In this document: in pieces, positions 35,017 through 35,130 of the stretch
How positions within the stretch are numbered: the first letter of the stretch is position 1
Layout of the letters: every line of letters begins with the position of its first letter
Assembly: GCA_002327685.1 (NCBI GenBank)
Contig: DCXN01000022.1
Location: 6,645-41,774 of the forward strand
DNA length: 35,130 nt
From: Patescibacteria group bacterium UBA2135
GTDB taxonomy: Bacteria > Patescibacteriota > Minisyncoccia > Phycocordibacterales > UBA2135
Direction of reading: 5' to 3'
Notes under the pieces: generated by a model
The model's database searches: none
What the model was told of the DNA's origin: nothing
What the model saw: only the letters and a program-made list of their open reading frames with translations
Program-made: the position numbers and the translations under genes

Positions 35017-35130
35017 AAGATGAATCAAGAGGCGAAGCCGCAAAAACTATTGCTTCGTTAACTTAATTTTTTCGGTCTTAAAGAAGCCAAGGTCCGGCCT
35101 TCTCCCAAAAACCGCGGAAAAACTGCGGCA

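Overview
A low-GC bacterial window (standard code; TGA is used as a stop) dominated by a long minus-strand surface-glycan biosynthesis locus. Its style (leaderless-type promoters, short-period repeats, a truncated Ugd, a tiny AbrB-like gene) suggests Patescibacteria/Parcubacteria, but this is inferred from style only. The locus encodes six GT4 glycosyltransferases (one further GT4 is fused to GtrA), plus GT2, exostosin/GT47-like and CgeB-like transferases, three SDR epimerases, an HddA/HddC-like kinase and nucleotidyltransferase, two methyltransferases, a deacetylase + formyltransferase pair, YvcK and Ugd. At the left end is a module of TagF-like transferase, AsnB, LicC-like cytidylyltransferase, class II glycerate kinase and a partial L-fuconate dehydratase. 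The most unusual signals are structural. (1) A GIY-YIG nuclease gene is bounded by perfect 14-bp inverted repeats, and an ORF-less element with the same ends lies about 2 kb away; both sit directly after a stop codon. (2) Three other inverted-repeat elements fill intergenic gaps after stop codons. (3) 7-nt tandem repeats lie inside glycosyltransferase ORFs, twice at the homologous helix. (4) In three cases accessory genes are bracketed by direct-repeat copies of a minus-strand promoter. No rRNA, tRNA or CRISPR array was recognised.
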